Shown here in pieces: positions 24,666-37,748 of a stretch of DNA of 64,000 nucleotides. The DNA is taken from the NCBI GenBank assembly GCA_004022145.1, contig RCNU01000001.1. One strand, written 5' to 3'. The stretch comes from Paecilomyces variotii. Its lineage: Eukaryota. Within the stretch, counting starts at the first letter, position 1. Each line of letters begins with the position of its first letter. The notes beneath the pieces were generated by a model that was not told where the DNA came from, searched no databases, and saw nothing but the letters and a program-made list of their open reading frames with translations. A program made the translations under genes and the position numbers.

Positions 24666-27607
24666 TCACTCACTGTCGCTTTCACTCTCGCTTTTAATAG
24701 CGGGGGAAGATGAAAGCATTGAGCGGGCGGGGGCCTTTGGGAGAGCGCGTTTTTTAACCAGTGTTTTCTCCTTCTTCTGAGGCGCGGGTTCTGGGTCTGA
24801 TTCCGACTCTGATTCTGATTCTGATTCTGATTCTGACTCGGACACATCGGACTCTGATGTCGACTCTGACTCGGATTTCAACTCGGTTTCATCAGAGATA
24901 TCACTACCACTCTCACTTTTAGGCATGGTCCGTTTTAGCTGTGTGTTGGTCATGCTGGGTGCTGAGTTGTCGTCTGATTCAGAGACGTTGTCAGAGGCGC
25001 TATCGGAGTCTTCATCAGAACTTTCTTCGGTTGAAGACTGCTCCGTCTCTGCTATTTCGTCCTCGACGTGTCTAGAGGTATTGGTCTTGGGCCTCTGAGG
25101 AGATTGTGCTTTACGCAGCTTTGCACTCGAATGGGCCTTAAGAGAGGACGCTTGAGATGTCTTCTTGGGAGGAACCTCCTCGTCTTCCGACGAGTCAGAT
25201 TCGCTTTCGCTTTCGCTTCCCTCTTCGGATGATTCGTCCGATGATTGCTCCGTCTCTTCGACTTCGTCGGCTATGTATCCAGACTTCTTTGACTCAGCCT
25301 TTGCCGCCGTTTGGCGGGGTTCAGATTCCTCGCTAGCAGAGGAGTCATCGTCGCTTTCATTTTCAGAAGATTCGTCGGCTGATTCATCCTCAGATGCAGA
25401 GGATGACTTGCGTCGCGTCGCTGCTGAGCCGTTGGGTGTAGTCTTTGGAGATGCAGAAGATTCTGTATCTGACTCCCCGTCGCTCGTATCGTCATGACTG
25501 CTTTCTGCGCTGTCAGAAGATCTGTCCTTCTCAGACACAGAAGGTGACATCTTTCTTCTCTTTGCTGACGGCTTGTTTTTAGGCGCTGGTGCTTTCTTTA
25601 CTGGTTCCGGGGTATCTTCGTCACTGGAACCTTCCTCGCTGCTTTCCTCGTCTTCGGACGGAGATGGTGACTTCTTTCTCTTTGCGGCTGTTGACGTTTG
25701 CTTCTTACCATCGGAGGCTTTCTCTGTTGTCGCAGGACGACCAGCGGCAGCATCATCTTGAGATCCCTCGCTTTCTGACTCAGGTTCAGATTCAGGTTCA
25801 GATTCAGAAGAGGACTCGGACTTGTCGGTGTCGTCACTCTCAGACACGGGAGATTGTTTCTTCCTCTTCGAGACTGGCTTCTGCTTGGCTTCAGGCTCAT
25901 CTTTCTTTGCTTCACGAGCTTCTGCTGGCGGCTCAGGATCGGCATCATTGTTGTCACCATCATCCTCATTCTCATCCTCCGAATCAGAATCCGAATACAC
26001 ATATCTGGTGCTCTTTGGTGCAATCCGCCAATTCCCCTTTTTCTCAGATTCTACCCGTTCCGGCGTCTTAGATGAACCCTTTTTAGATGAATCCGTTCCC
26101 CTTGCCTGAAGCCTCGTCTCCCTAGCAGGATCGTAAACAGCGTCCGGTTGACCCTTCGCTCGCTGTGTGAGAACCAATCTCTTTATCTTGCGCCACTTGT
26201 CCGCGCACTGCTGTCTCGATCGGACGTTTTTCATCTCATTGCTCACAAAGCCCCAGCCGATAGCTTTTTCTTCCATCTCGTATATGTCCTTCCCTAGATC
26301 CCTGCTGTTTTCAGAAAGCAACTTGTTTCTGACAGCTGTCACAGCCTTTATAAGCTGGCGGGCCTCTTCCTCCGTCCACGGTCCCCGATGCATCTTGTCC
26401 CTGTGCTCGACACGATTCTTCCACCGCTGGACAACATCATCCTGGCTTCGTTCCAGCATCTTCGCGATTTTAGCCCATTGCGGCCCGTAGCGTTTGGCCA
26501 GGGACGCCAGTTCATCATCTTGTTCGTCCGTCCAATGATGTGGTTTTTGCGTCGAGGCTTGGAAGTGGCGTCGCATGAACCTGTATACAGACCGCCGGTT
26601 CCTGTCCGGGAGGATATCGTAGATGTTTTTCCAGAAATCCACTTTTGTAATGATACTCGAGTCGACGGGGAAGTCACTTTTGTCACGATGTGAGTGTTGA
26701 ACCATGCGGTCGAACGTATTGGCTGGCAATCCATTGAGGTTGCAGAAATCGACCTTGTAGTTTTCGAACGCTTGTACTTCGTCAGCTCGAAAAAATCCAG
26801 TCAGCCTTTCCTTCTTCTTCTCTTTGCTCTCTGCGCGACTAGGTTTCGGAGCCGACAACGCTGCTGACGAGGACTGGGGTCCCGACTCATCCTGAGGCTG
26901 TGAAGGTGATTCTGCTGCATCCTCAGAGGATTCCACGACCTGTTTCCGCTGCTGCTTATTGTTCTGTTTCTTTGACTGCGACTTCGACTTCGACTTTGGT
27001 TTCGACACTGGCGATGGCGGCTTCTCTACCACAGGAACCGCTTTTTCCGAGTCTGATGCAGCTCGAGAATCGACTTCAGCAGCAGTAGCAGCAGCAGGCT
27101 CTGGCTCAGGTTCAGGCTCAGGTTCTCTCGTCGCAGCTTTCTTCTTATCTTCCCTGTCCGTTTTCTTATTCTCCTTCCGAGTCTGTTCTTTCCCTGCCCG
27201 TTCTGCCTTTTCAGTTCGCTTCCTCTTCGTCGGTCGAGGCGTCGATTCCCTCCCATTCGCATCATCCGAAGAAGACGAAGTCGAAGACCGTCGTGCTGGC
27301 GCAGAATTCCCATTCGACAGCTTCCTCTTGCGCTTCGTCACCGTAACCGCGTGCGGCGTCGCATCCTTAGTCCGCGATCGCACAGTTTCTTCTGCAGTAG
27401 AATCTATTTGCAGCAAGAAGCAAGAAGCGCAAAGAATGATGTTAGCCCGGGCTAGTTCCGCAATCGAATCGAATCAAGCTTCAAGAGAGAGAGAAAAAAA
27501 AAAACATATGCAGGGAAAAGTGCTAAATTCTAGAGATTCAACGTACAGGAATTTTCTTCATGCTCAGAGTCGTCCCCTTGGACTTGCTGTGAGGAAGCTT
27601 GACCCAT
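24666..27607 (-). CDS. Myb/SANT DNA-binding protein, Reb1/Nsi1/TTF-I-like, with long acidic/Ser-rich tail
   Basis: Exon 27607-27547 (MGQASSQ..), intron 27546-27404; Myb repeats HHWTDEQDDEL..YGPQWAKIAKML.RS..VVQRWKN and GPWTEEE..WGFVS..RSRQQCADKW. Confidence 0.8.
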
Positions 27608-28078
27608 TGCGATTTGATGTCAAGAGAGCAAGACGAGGATGTTCCTGCTGATGCAGCACCAATGGGGGAAGGGGCGAAAAAAGCTCGATTTCACGTCGTG
27701 GTGGTGGAGGGAAGCTGGAGTTGGAGCTCCGATTTGTCGGGGTATAGAAAAAAAAATATTAGGCCAAGGGAGGCGCGTCAACTGTCCTCGTGCGGACGAT
27801 CCGTCGCTAAGTCGGATTCGGCACCGCAACTGCTTTTGGTGCGTGCATTTGGCAGTTGCGCCAGCCATGCTAGAATTGTTTTCGTAGTATATTTATCATT
27901 GCCGGTTTTACGAATTTTTATCTAGTTTTTTTGGAATATGAACCAAAAAGGAAAGAGGAATCCAAGGGGGTCCATTGGAAGCTTCGCAAAATAATCACAT
28001 CCTGCATCATAAACTGCGCCGGGGAATGAATAGAAGACGGTGATATCCGGATAATAGAATAACACATAAGAAAAAGAA

Positions 28079-28894
28079 TTAAGCGTCTATTTTCATATCT
28101 CGTAAGATCTTCGCGACCAGCTTTTTCTGGTCCGCGGCGTTCAGCTTGCGTTCGTCCGTCTCTACCAGACACCGTCCGATAGCAACCGTCATCTTCACAG
28201 CATTGTCGCCGCTGTTCGAACAATCAACCCAGACCTTTCCATTCCGACCAATTGCGATTTCAAATCCTCCCTTGCTTTTGAATCTCGCGCCCAGTTCATC
28301 GAGAATGACGATCTCCGACGCACCAGGCTTCATCAGTCTTGCTGCCAGACCGGTCGAGATCTCAAATAGCATCCCGCCGGTCAAGGGACCTAGACCGCCG
28401 TCTGCCTTGCCCGTCGTTGGATTCACACATGTTATTTCGACTTCCGCGCCGGCTCCCACTCCAACGGATAGGACGCGAGCGTAGACCAGATCTCCAGCCT
28501 TGAGCATCGGCCTCGTCTTCTTCGTTGCGCCTTCGAAGGCAAGCTGGCCCAGCATCACTTGCGGCGCATGTGGTGTGAGAGTACAGTGGAAATAATCTGG
28601 ACTCGAACGGTTGACCTGCGCAATTACCAGATCATGGACGGTCGGAACGTAGCGACGGTTCGGGAATGAGAGGAGAGAGACGGCATTTCGCTTAGCATCG
28701 GTGGTGAGTAAACCCGCTTGCGTGGCGGTGATGGTGTGGCCTGAAGGTTTCGATCGCGATGAGGGTATCGTAGGGTTCTGTTGAGATAGAATGCGCAGTC
28801 CAGATCCTAGTTTCAAAGGGGTAGAGCCGGTGGAGGAGGGGAGGATGTTCGAGGGGACATTGTCGCCCGGTAGGAGGATCGTCGGGGAGGTCAT
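28079..28894 (-). CDS. RRP40: Exosome complex RNA-binding subunit Rrp40
   Basis: Single exon; RRYVP..DLVIAQV, LAFEGATKKTRPML..GDLVYARV, FEIAIGRNGKVWV. Confidence 0.95.
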   Translation of the reverse strand: MTSPTILLPGDNVPSNILPSSTGSTPLKLGSGLRILSQQNPTIPSSRSKPSGHTITATQAGLLTTDAKRNAVSLLSFPNRRYVPTVHDLVIAQVNRSSPDYFHCTLTPHAPQVMLGQLAFEGATKKTRPMLKAGDLVYARVLSVGVGAGAEVEITCVNPTTGKADGGLGPLTGGMLFEISTGLAARLMKPGASEIVILDELGARFKSKGGFEIAIGRNGKVWVDCSNSGDNAVKMTVAIGRCLVETDERKLNAADQKKLVAKILRDMKIDA

Positions 28895-29075
28895 GGTGAA
28901 GACACCTGGGTGCGCAAGAAGAGATGCAAAGGGGAAAAGGTCTATATTTCCAAGATGACCATGGCAGGACGTTTAATTCCGCCCTGGTATTGAAAAGTGC
29001 GCGGGGAGAGGGAGAGCGCTGATGGTTTCCAAGATGGTAGAGAACTCAAACGTGAGAAAAATAACCTTATCGATA

Positions 29076-31191
29076 CCGTGTTTAGTCATCTGCCAACCGT
29101 TTCCACCTGCCGACCGTTTTTTACTATAGGATGCTGAATTATTAAATCTACTAGATTTTAATGATAACATATTCAAATTAATTAATATTTAGAAGGTTTA
29201 ATCTAGGCAATTAATAGATTATATTAGACTAGTTTTTAAGATCCTTAAATTGCTTAGGCAATCATATCTGCTATCCTCAACTAATTACTGCTAAAGGGCC
29301 TACTTCAGCTTTAACCACCTATTTAGTAGTATTTTCTTCTAATATCTATTATTTTATAGATTTAGATCTCTTCCTTAGGCTCTAATTAGCCTATTTTAAT
29401 TCCTTTTAAAGCTAAATAGCTGCCTGCTTTATTACTTTTTTTTTTTTTAAGGTGTTATTTTTCTTCCTATATTTATAGGCGAGCTAAACAGTCTGCTTTT
29501 TAAATTTTATATTTTTTTTAAATAATATATTATTTCTCTTCTCACTGCTGCTGCTACTAAAATTAAAGCTCTTATTTTTAATATTATAATTATTATTTAG
29601 CTTTCTCTTTATTTATTAGAATCTACTATACCTTTTAAACCTTAGTTGGACTAAAAAAGATAATATTATTATCTTCTAATTAGCAGGGAGGAAGCTATAA
29701 AGTTCTAATAGGCTATTGCTTTACCTGCTTATTAAAAATAGCATATTATAGACTAATATTCTATTGCTAGAAGAGTATATTTTTAGTATATAGGTCTATT
29801 ATAATATTTATAAGCTTTAGCGCCTTCTTATTATATATATTATTTAGAACTTCTTATAAAAGTTTTTTAATCCCCTGTTAATTATTTATAGATAATACTA
29901 ACTGACTTAATTTACTTAAAGAAGGCCTCTCTTCAGATTTCTTTTTAAAATACTTAAAAATAATCTGCAGATTAAATAGATACAGATCAGTCGCTGCCTA
30001 CCTATTATTAATATTTTTTACTATAAAAATAGTATCCTAGCTAGAGAGAAAGAGATTAAAGAAATCCCTCTTTTTAAAACGGCTAAGTCCTAGATATTTA
30101 TTTAGCTAGATATCTAAATAAATATTATAGGCTCTAGCTAATAGACTGAATAGAGAAATATTAAGCAGTTATAATATATATATAAAATAAGGCAGAAATA
30201 ATAATAATAGAATTCTATTATAATTATAATAATTAATAAAGTATTTTATAATATAAGAATTATAGCTATTAAAGATTAGTAGCTAGTAGCCCTTATCTAT
30301 CTTTACCTTGGTCTCCCTATCGAAGATCTTAACTAGCTACTAATATTCTACCTTATTATTAGTCTAGCTATTAGAAGAAAAGGTAAAAAAGTATTTATAA
30401 ACTTTAGGATTAAATGCTTAAAGCTATATATCTTATAATTTCTTTAATATAGCCTTATAGATTAGAACTAGCAATAATAATATTTTATTTATATAAATAA
30501 CAGCAAGCACTATAATTTATTTCTTATTCTTATCTTAGATTAATTATCTAATATATCCCTACTTATAGCAATAATAAAAAAAAATTCTCTTAATTTTTTT
30601 TAAAACTCTAATTATAAAACCTTTTTTATCTATATTATAGATATTATATAGCTTAATATTAAATTTCTATAGCTTTTAATCTATAAACTTAAAATATAGG
30701 GAATATTTAAATATAAAATTAGCTTACTTATACAAGGTATCTATAATAATACCCTAGGCTAATAAAAGATCTTTCTTATATCTTTTTATAAAGTGTAGTA
30801 GCTACTACTGCCTAAACTCTTTTTTAGAGATTTTTTTTATAAAGTTTTATAATATTTTATATAAGGGAGATAGGCTATATTTTATAAGGCTATTAATCTA
30901 TTTAATAAATATTTTCTTTTATTAGATATTTAGGAATTATTAGTTTTTATATTAGACTATTAATAGACCCTAGACGCCCTTATATTATCGCAACAGGGTT
31001 ATTTAGTTTATACTATATTTTTTTACAGTTTTTATATAATTAGGCTTTTTATTAGGCTTTAAAAACTTTAAATCTTTAAAAGCTAATAAAATAGGATCTA
31101 TATTAATAATTTGGTAGGTAGTTGAATTAATTGGGGAATTTTTAAAAAAACGGTCGGCAGGTGGAAACAGTCGTCAGATGACTAAACACGG
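29076..31191 (-). mobile_element. Full-length Fot1/pogo-type (Tc1/mariner superfamily) DNA transposon inactivated by RIP
   Basis: 47-bp TIRs (29076-29122 and 31145-31191, 3 mismatches), flanked by TA at 29074-75 and 31192-93. Minus-strand relic reads *DKNKK*IIVLAVI (cf. QDGNREWITVLAAI) at ~30481-30537 and SNS*TNNKVEY**LVKIFDRETK..LLIFNSYNSY (cf. PNGWT..WLVKIFDRETK..LLILDGHGSH) at ~30250-30390. Extreme AT content and many stops. Confidence 0.92.
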
Positions 31192-34100
31192 TAAAGTATC
31201 CACGTGATCTGATGTATCCCCAGGAACAAGATGGTCGGGCACATCTTATTGAACTGGATGATATAAGCTCCATAAAATAATATGTGAAAATTGCCATGTA
31301 ATCTTCTAGGATCTAGTTAGTATGTCGTTCATAACCAAGATTCGAACCAATCTGTACGTTGCTGCTCAAACGAACTTAGCTATAGCGGAACCAGACATAT
31401 ATTTTCGATAACATGACCGACCCATCGATGCTATCCTCCCTCTTTAGAAACACCATTATCAACGAAGTATGAGAAGACCTGAGCAAAGAGCCCTGTTCCG
31501 ACTACTGGTGATGGAATATCGACTGTTAAGATAACATCACTTCTGAATGTAGTATGCGCGATGAAAAGCTATATTCTATCCACATCGACTGAAGAATTAT
31601 TGAGAGACCTCACCGGAAAGGGTCCCTGAACGAATGACCTTCCAATACTGTTATTCAGTTTTTACTGACTTGAAGATAATCAATATTTATTATTGTTAAC
31701 GAATACCTCTTCAATGACATCCCACTGGATATTCCGCTTCGCATCTCTGGTGATTTAGACCTTGCCGATAACAAACTCCGAAAAAGTCACTGTTCAACTA
31801 AAATCCCTATTTCTTTCATGTCAGTGATTCATCATCCAAGCTGGTTCGCTCAATTGCTGTTTTCCAGATGCTACTAGAAAGGTCGACAGATCGGTCGAGA
31901 CGGACCACAGGGTAGATATCTAGCCACTTACGCGACGTCGAACGACGAAAGGAGACTGTATCCGAAACACCGGGGAGGAGTAGTAATAAAGAAAGGCGGG
32001 TATGTGACTGCCTAGGTAGATAGTTGAAGTAGGCGCCAGTTCAAGGATCTGCATTCGAGATAAGCGCTCAACAGTCTACTGAAACATGAGGCCAGGCAAT
32101 AGCTATCGCTAGCCTTGTTCTCGTAGAACAGTTACTATGGTTAGAAATGATCGGAGCGTTACAACCATGGTGGACTTGGGAGTAAACCTGGCATAGAGTG
32201 AAGTTCTCCTTGGCCATGTGGAGTGTCTGCCTGGGAAGGACGGAGAACTTGGCGTTCCGCCTCAGGCAGCCAGCGGCGACTGTCACGGGCTCGATCTACG
32301 TAGTAATTATACCATTCAACCTGTTGGGATTCAATATCGAAGATGATCGCGATCTGCTTCCTGGTTCGAGAATATACCACCAGACCGCCGTGCCAGGTGG
32401 AACGATGGTCGTAGATGAAATGACGGTGTGCTCTCATCGAGTATATTGACCCGCTTGGGAGTCACTTGTGCGGCTGGAGGTGATACATAGAGCGCAAAGA
32501 GAAGTTTAAGCTCATCATTGATGGGACCTTGACGTATGCAGGAGAAAAGACCGTGGGGACAAACTTCCAGCTTCCCAGATGTGAGGGGAACTGCACAGTT
32601 ACTCCTGGCAAAGCGGGCCGCAGAAGGTTCCCAACTTACATCAAGTATAACTATCAGCTTCGCGGGTCTGACGAATAAAACATTATCGAGTCACGGTAAA
32701 ACTTGACAAGAGAGATGATCCTTACATCATTATTGGTACCCGATACCGGTCGTATGGGCCCGTGGTTTGTAGATGGTAGTATCATTCAGATAGCTCTTAT
32801 TTATTTTCTTTGGTCTAGAAAGAAATCGCAGGATGACCGAGCAATTCCTCCAAAGGAAAAATAGACGACACTGGAGGATTATGCTTTGGACCCATCAAAA
32901 AGACCCATCATATGTGTTGACTGCATGTTGTGCAGCAGAATATGCAGTCATTGTTGTGCAAGAGGCTGAGATGCCAACATCTGACATGCCGGGGATGCTC
33001 ATCGCTGCAACCCAGCATGACATCTGCAGCACGAAGAAATATCGTCCGGACAACCCCGGAGACTTTACCCTGGATCTGCGAGATTAGCTTCGCAACGACG
33101 TACGGGACAGTCACAAGCAAGGAACACTCTTATCCCAGGGTGGTAGTTTCTAGTGTCGCATCGAGTATCCAAATCAGTAGTGAGACGCATCTTATGCTAA
33201 AACAGTAGGTGAATGCGAGAGATAGGATTTGTTACTCCGTCCAAAGCTGCAGTGCTGCAACGTCGCCTTTGGATATTTCCCTATCTCACACCACTGATCT
33301 CAACATCGTCCAACACGTGCTTGATCGTGGCTGCGCCGCTGGTATCCTGCGTTAACTGATCAACGCAGCACCTGACTCCGCGAGACGAACCAGACGTGGT
33401 TATTTTGTTCTGAAACAGAGACGGGGAACTTTCGGACACGGTGACACAAGTGATAGACCACCGGAAGTTCCTTTGATGCTGATCGAAGGCGCCGGTCAGC
33501 AGCTCAGCTCTGATCGGGTCTTCGCCCCGTTCAAGGAAGGGCGTTGAGTCTCCGGGGCTGAGAATCGACAGGAATCGCGGATCATCTTTCAAACATGACT
33601 ATCTACCCCTGACATGGGATTATGACATGACGATTCGAAAGAAGCAGCGGACTAGCGCCGCGATAAGTAGGCTGCAAGGATCCGACGGGTTGGTTCTCCG
33701 GATAGCGACCATCTCCCCGTGTGGGGGATGTGCTTATCAGTGGTTGTAGTAGGAATAATGCGTATCTATGTAGTGTATGCATTATTATTGTTGAGAAAGC
33801 GATAGATATCAAGCAGCTGGCGATAAGAAACAGACCGCCAGAACCCGGCAGCCTGGGAATGGGGGCATCGATGGGGCCAGCCAGCGACCGCCCGGGATGG
33901 CTTAGGGCAGAGGCTGCCACGTGGGAAGGGGTAGTCGGCACAACAGTGGAGAGAGGATGGGAAAAAAAGTCCCCAACAACGACAGACGAGGCGGGAAACG
34001 GTATCTAGGGAAGAAATGAGGGCCACCGCCGTGGATCCTTGATCGTGTGCTCGCTTTCCGTTTCATAACAGTGGCAAAAGTTTCTCCATGAGATTCGGGG

Positions 34101-37100
34101 CATTCCCGAGTGGATCGATCGTTGTTTACTTCGTATACCTCAGGAGTCTTGCTCTGGTAGAGAATCACGCAGTAGATACCTGGTAACTTAGTGTTCTCTG
34201 TACAGTCAGTTCATCCCCGGAGCATTATTATTACTAACTCGAGACAAAGACAGGTGATCCCTCCGGATCAGACTCAGGGAACGCTTCTGCGGCTCTGTTT
34301 TCCCGCTTGTCCGAGCTACGAGTCGACGCTCAACACTGATTCGAGATCAGCGTGGTCGGGAAGGCGGATAGGTGCGCCCTGCACCTCTGACGGCAAGGGA
34401 TCTAAGTATCTGTACTCGAGTAGACGCCGTTGGACGAGTCTGATGGACGGGTGACCTGTCATGCCTCGGCCGGAAAACATGCGTGCTAGTAACTCCGTAG
34501 ACGATCTATGGTAGACTACGGAGTACTACTACTCTGTTCAACGGTCATGGCGGGGCCCTGCTCTAAGCAAGAAGCGGTGTAACTAGTTACTCACTGTACT
34601 GGGACATATAGTAGTCGGGACGATGGAATGATACACATGGAAAATAATAGGGCAGATTACAAGTGTTGATGTGCATGTATGGGCTCCGTCATCGGTGGGT
34701 TCCACGCAAGTCATCATGTCCCATGATCAGGATCCAGAAGTAATAATAATCATAGAGATTTGACAAGCATATGACATCTCTGCGGATAAAGGCGACCGCC
34801 ATGCGAAGCGATTTCCTCTAAGGGAGCTTTGCTTACCCGCGCTGTGCCCTCACTGGAGGAAGGATTCATGACACCGCTGCAACAGGACTCCCATGCAATG
34901 CACACCGCGAGGAGTATTCCGGAGTATCTAGGATGCGAACAGGGGTTGGATGCTTGTTTCCAACCGAGGATGCGCAGTAGATAGTGATGAATAATAACGA
35001 TGATCCCCATCTAGGAATTCTACACTACACAGCTGAAAAGAACGACATGCGGACGAGACAAACAACAGTAGTATTACCCGAATCAGGATCCGGACTGGGC
35101 GAGAGAGCAACACGACGGGAGCGTGTTCACCTTCCTGTTCGGCCAAAGTTGTTGAAGGCGAAGCACTGAGCAGTAAACGGTTCTGTCTCGTGGGCCGGCG
35201 GGTCGCGGATGGAATATCGGGTCCGATCTACGAACCAGCGTGCATCGAAATAATAATGCGAGAACTTCGCCAGCGAGGCGTGGTGGACGGGTCCGCACGA
35301 CGGCGTCCCAATGCTGGAGACGTCGATGGAAAATCCGCTGGAACTAGACGAATCAGCACTTGAGGAAAAATGGTTTTGATTAGATATTTCTCTGATTTTC
35401 TAGGCGCGTCTGGGTCCAGCATGTTGAGGCTCTCCCGTGGTTCCCGGGCGACCTCTTAGCCCGAGTTTGCAAGGATGGAGAAACTGAACTACTGAACGAG
35501 ACTGCGAATTAGAAATAGATAGACCAGGTCCCAGGATCCGATCTCTGTCCGAGATTTCCCATATCCTCGGATAAGCACATGGAGCGCGAATGGTGGGGGA
35601 AAAGACAGTGGTTCTTCTTCCTCTTCTTCTTAGCGTTTGATTGTTACGATAATAATCATAATAATTCCAACGCAACTTGTTGATAGACGATCCGGGGGTG
35701 TTGAGCAAAAACCGGTTTGGAGAGGGGCGAGCTGCATGTTTTCTGCTTTGCTGCACGAGTGATCTCTTGCACCTGTGGCTGAAGCAGAAGGATGAAACTG
35801 GACGGACTTTCTGTCGCGGATCGTCGCTGAATAGGCCGTGCCCACCGTCGCAACGAGTGTTAGAGTCGTCAGCAACAGTCGTGCGCATTCTCGCGATCAT
35901 TCGCCCAAGAGGAACAAGAGGAATAAACTTAGTGCTATAGGGCGGATTTTGGCCCCTCCACCGCACGGCCATACCAACTTACGGCCGATAACTACTGGTA
36001 GAACTTAATAAACTACCGAATGGGGGCAATAGTAATAATGAATAAATGAATAATAATATAGCAAGCAGACTAACTAACTACTATCTAGACCTTGCATTGA
36101 TCGATGATCAGACACGTTGAGAAGATGGGCTGCGGAATATTATTATTATTGTTCTGGGGAGTCGAGACTTGAGCGCTGCAGGAAATCTTTGCAGACCCGC
36201 CGCATTGATCTCATCTGTAATTTAATATACTGTAGAGTATCACTTTTGGGAGTGATGGTAGGCAGCATCAGTATCAGAACTCTCTCCTCTGCGTGGTTTT
36301 TTGGCTGTTGCTTTTTTTCTCTTTTTTCTTTTCTTTTATTCGCTGCCTGAACGGATCCGAAGTAATAAGCGATGGACCCCGGGCTCTGCGCATCCTCATC
36401 TCATCTCACGTCCAGCGGGCAGAGTCCGAAGTGCTGGGCCGAAAGAAGCATGGTGGCCCATGTTCGCGGGGAACAACCCACGGTTTGGTGGTGGGTTTCA
36501 TTTCTTCCGTGTACCGTTCTACAGGGCTTCGATCCCTTCCATTTTGCCGAACTGGTGAGCACGGCCGGGCTTCTAGGGCGCTTCTAACCTGCTGGAGCAG
36601 GCCTAGGATGGTCCCAGAGATCTCCAGGGCGACAGCCAGCCGTGCAGAGCCGACATGAGAAGACGGGGGTTGGTTAATAATAATAATTAATTTGTTGTTC
36701 TTTTTAGTTTTTTAGTTTTTAGTCATTTGGTGTGATGGGTTATTTAGTTAGTTGACTAGAGTCGACGCTGCATAGATACTAAAGAAATACTAAAGAGACG
36801 AACAAAAATTAAAAAAAAAAAAATGACAAAATGAAAAAAAAAGAAGAGAATTGAATAAATAGATGAAAAGGGAAAACAAGCACCTCTAAGGCAGTGATTT
36901 AATTGCTACAATAGTATTGGGAGTTATTAAGTGGTGCGGTGCTCTTCTGGCTATATGGTACTGTACCATAGTTCCTCCATATGCTGCTATACTACTACCG
37001 GCCTGGAAACCATCCGAAGAACACACAACCCCGGCGAGTTCTCGTCTCGGGGAGTCTTCAAGGAGGGGGGACCAAAGGCTGGATCTCTCTCGGGCTCCAG

Positions 37101-37748
37101 GGGAATGGCCAGCGCTAAGATAGTAATAGACCGCTCTTTACCGCGACTAGTCGGCCACCGTCGCCCGCGGTGGCTGGAGCCGGGGTCGGGCATCCCTGGT
37201 TGCAGCATCCTGATGCCGCGATGATAGATGATGATGTCCAGCCCGGTCTCGTCCCCGCCAGTCGCGCTCGATAACTAAACATACTCTCCTAAACTGACTG
37301 GTCGCTGGGCCTCTTGCTCTGTTCGGCCACTGTCTCCATCTGCTTTGCTTTCTTTTCTCTGGCCTCAGTTACCCACATTCCCAAGGCGCCTCTCATGCGC
37401 CGCCGTTTTCACATCCCATCCCGTCCCAGATTCGTTGCTCCGGACTTACAAAAGACCCTCAGCCGCTCTTATCGCGGATCTGGATTTCTGAACTCCCTCC
37501 TGCCATATACCTTGGGGTCTCTATCTTCCCCGTATTCCCATCTTTTGTGTGATAGGTGGTGAAAACATCTATTCACGGGGTAGTTAACAATCCTCAACGA
37601 CCCTGGCCACATTGTGTGTCCTGGCAACGACTGCGTCATTGCCACTGGAATCCTCTTGCTGCCACTTATCATCACGGAAAGCATGTCGCGCAATCATGGA
37701 CTAAACTGGCAGTTAGTTCCTTCTAAATAATATTAAAATCAGGTGGAT

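Noticed and set aside
24797-24840. (TCTGAT)n repeat here and (GAGGAC)n at ~24056-24080 as possible arrays
   Set aside because: Coding microsatellites (SE and ED dipeptides); no spacers, not CRISPR-like.
25165-27651. Several + strand ORFs up to 230 aa
   Set aside because: Antisense to the repetitive S/E/K-rich Myb gene; artefacts of codon composition.
35400-35972. 190-aa minus-strand ORF in the gene-free interval
   Set aside because: Crosses simple repeats, R/S/P-rich with no recognisable motif; probably spurious.
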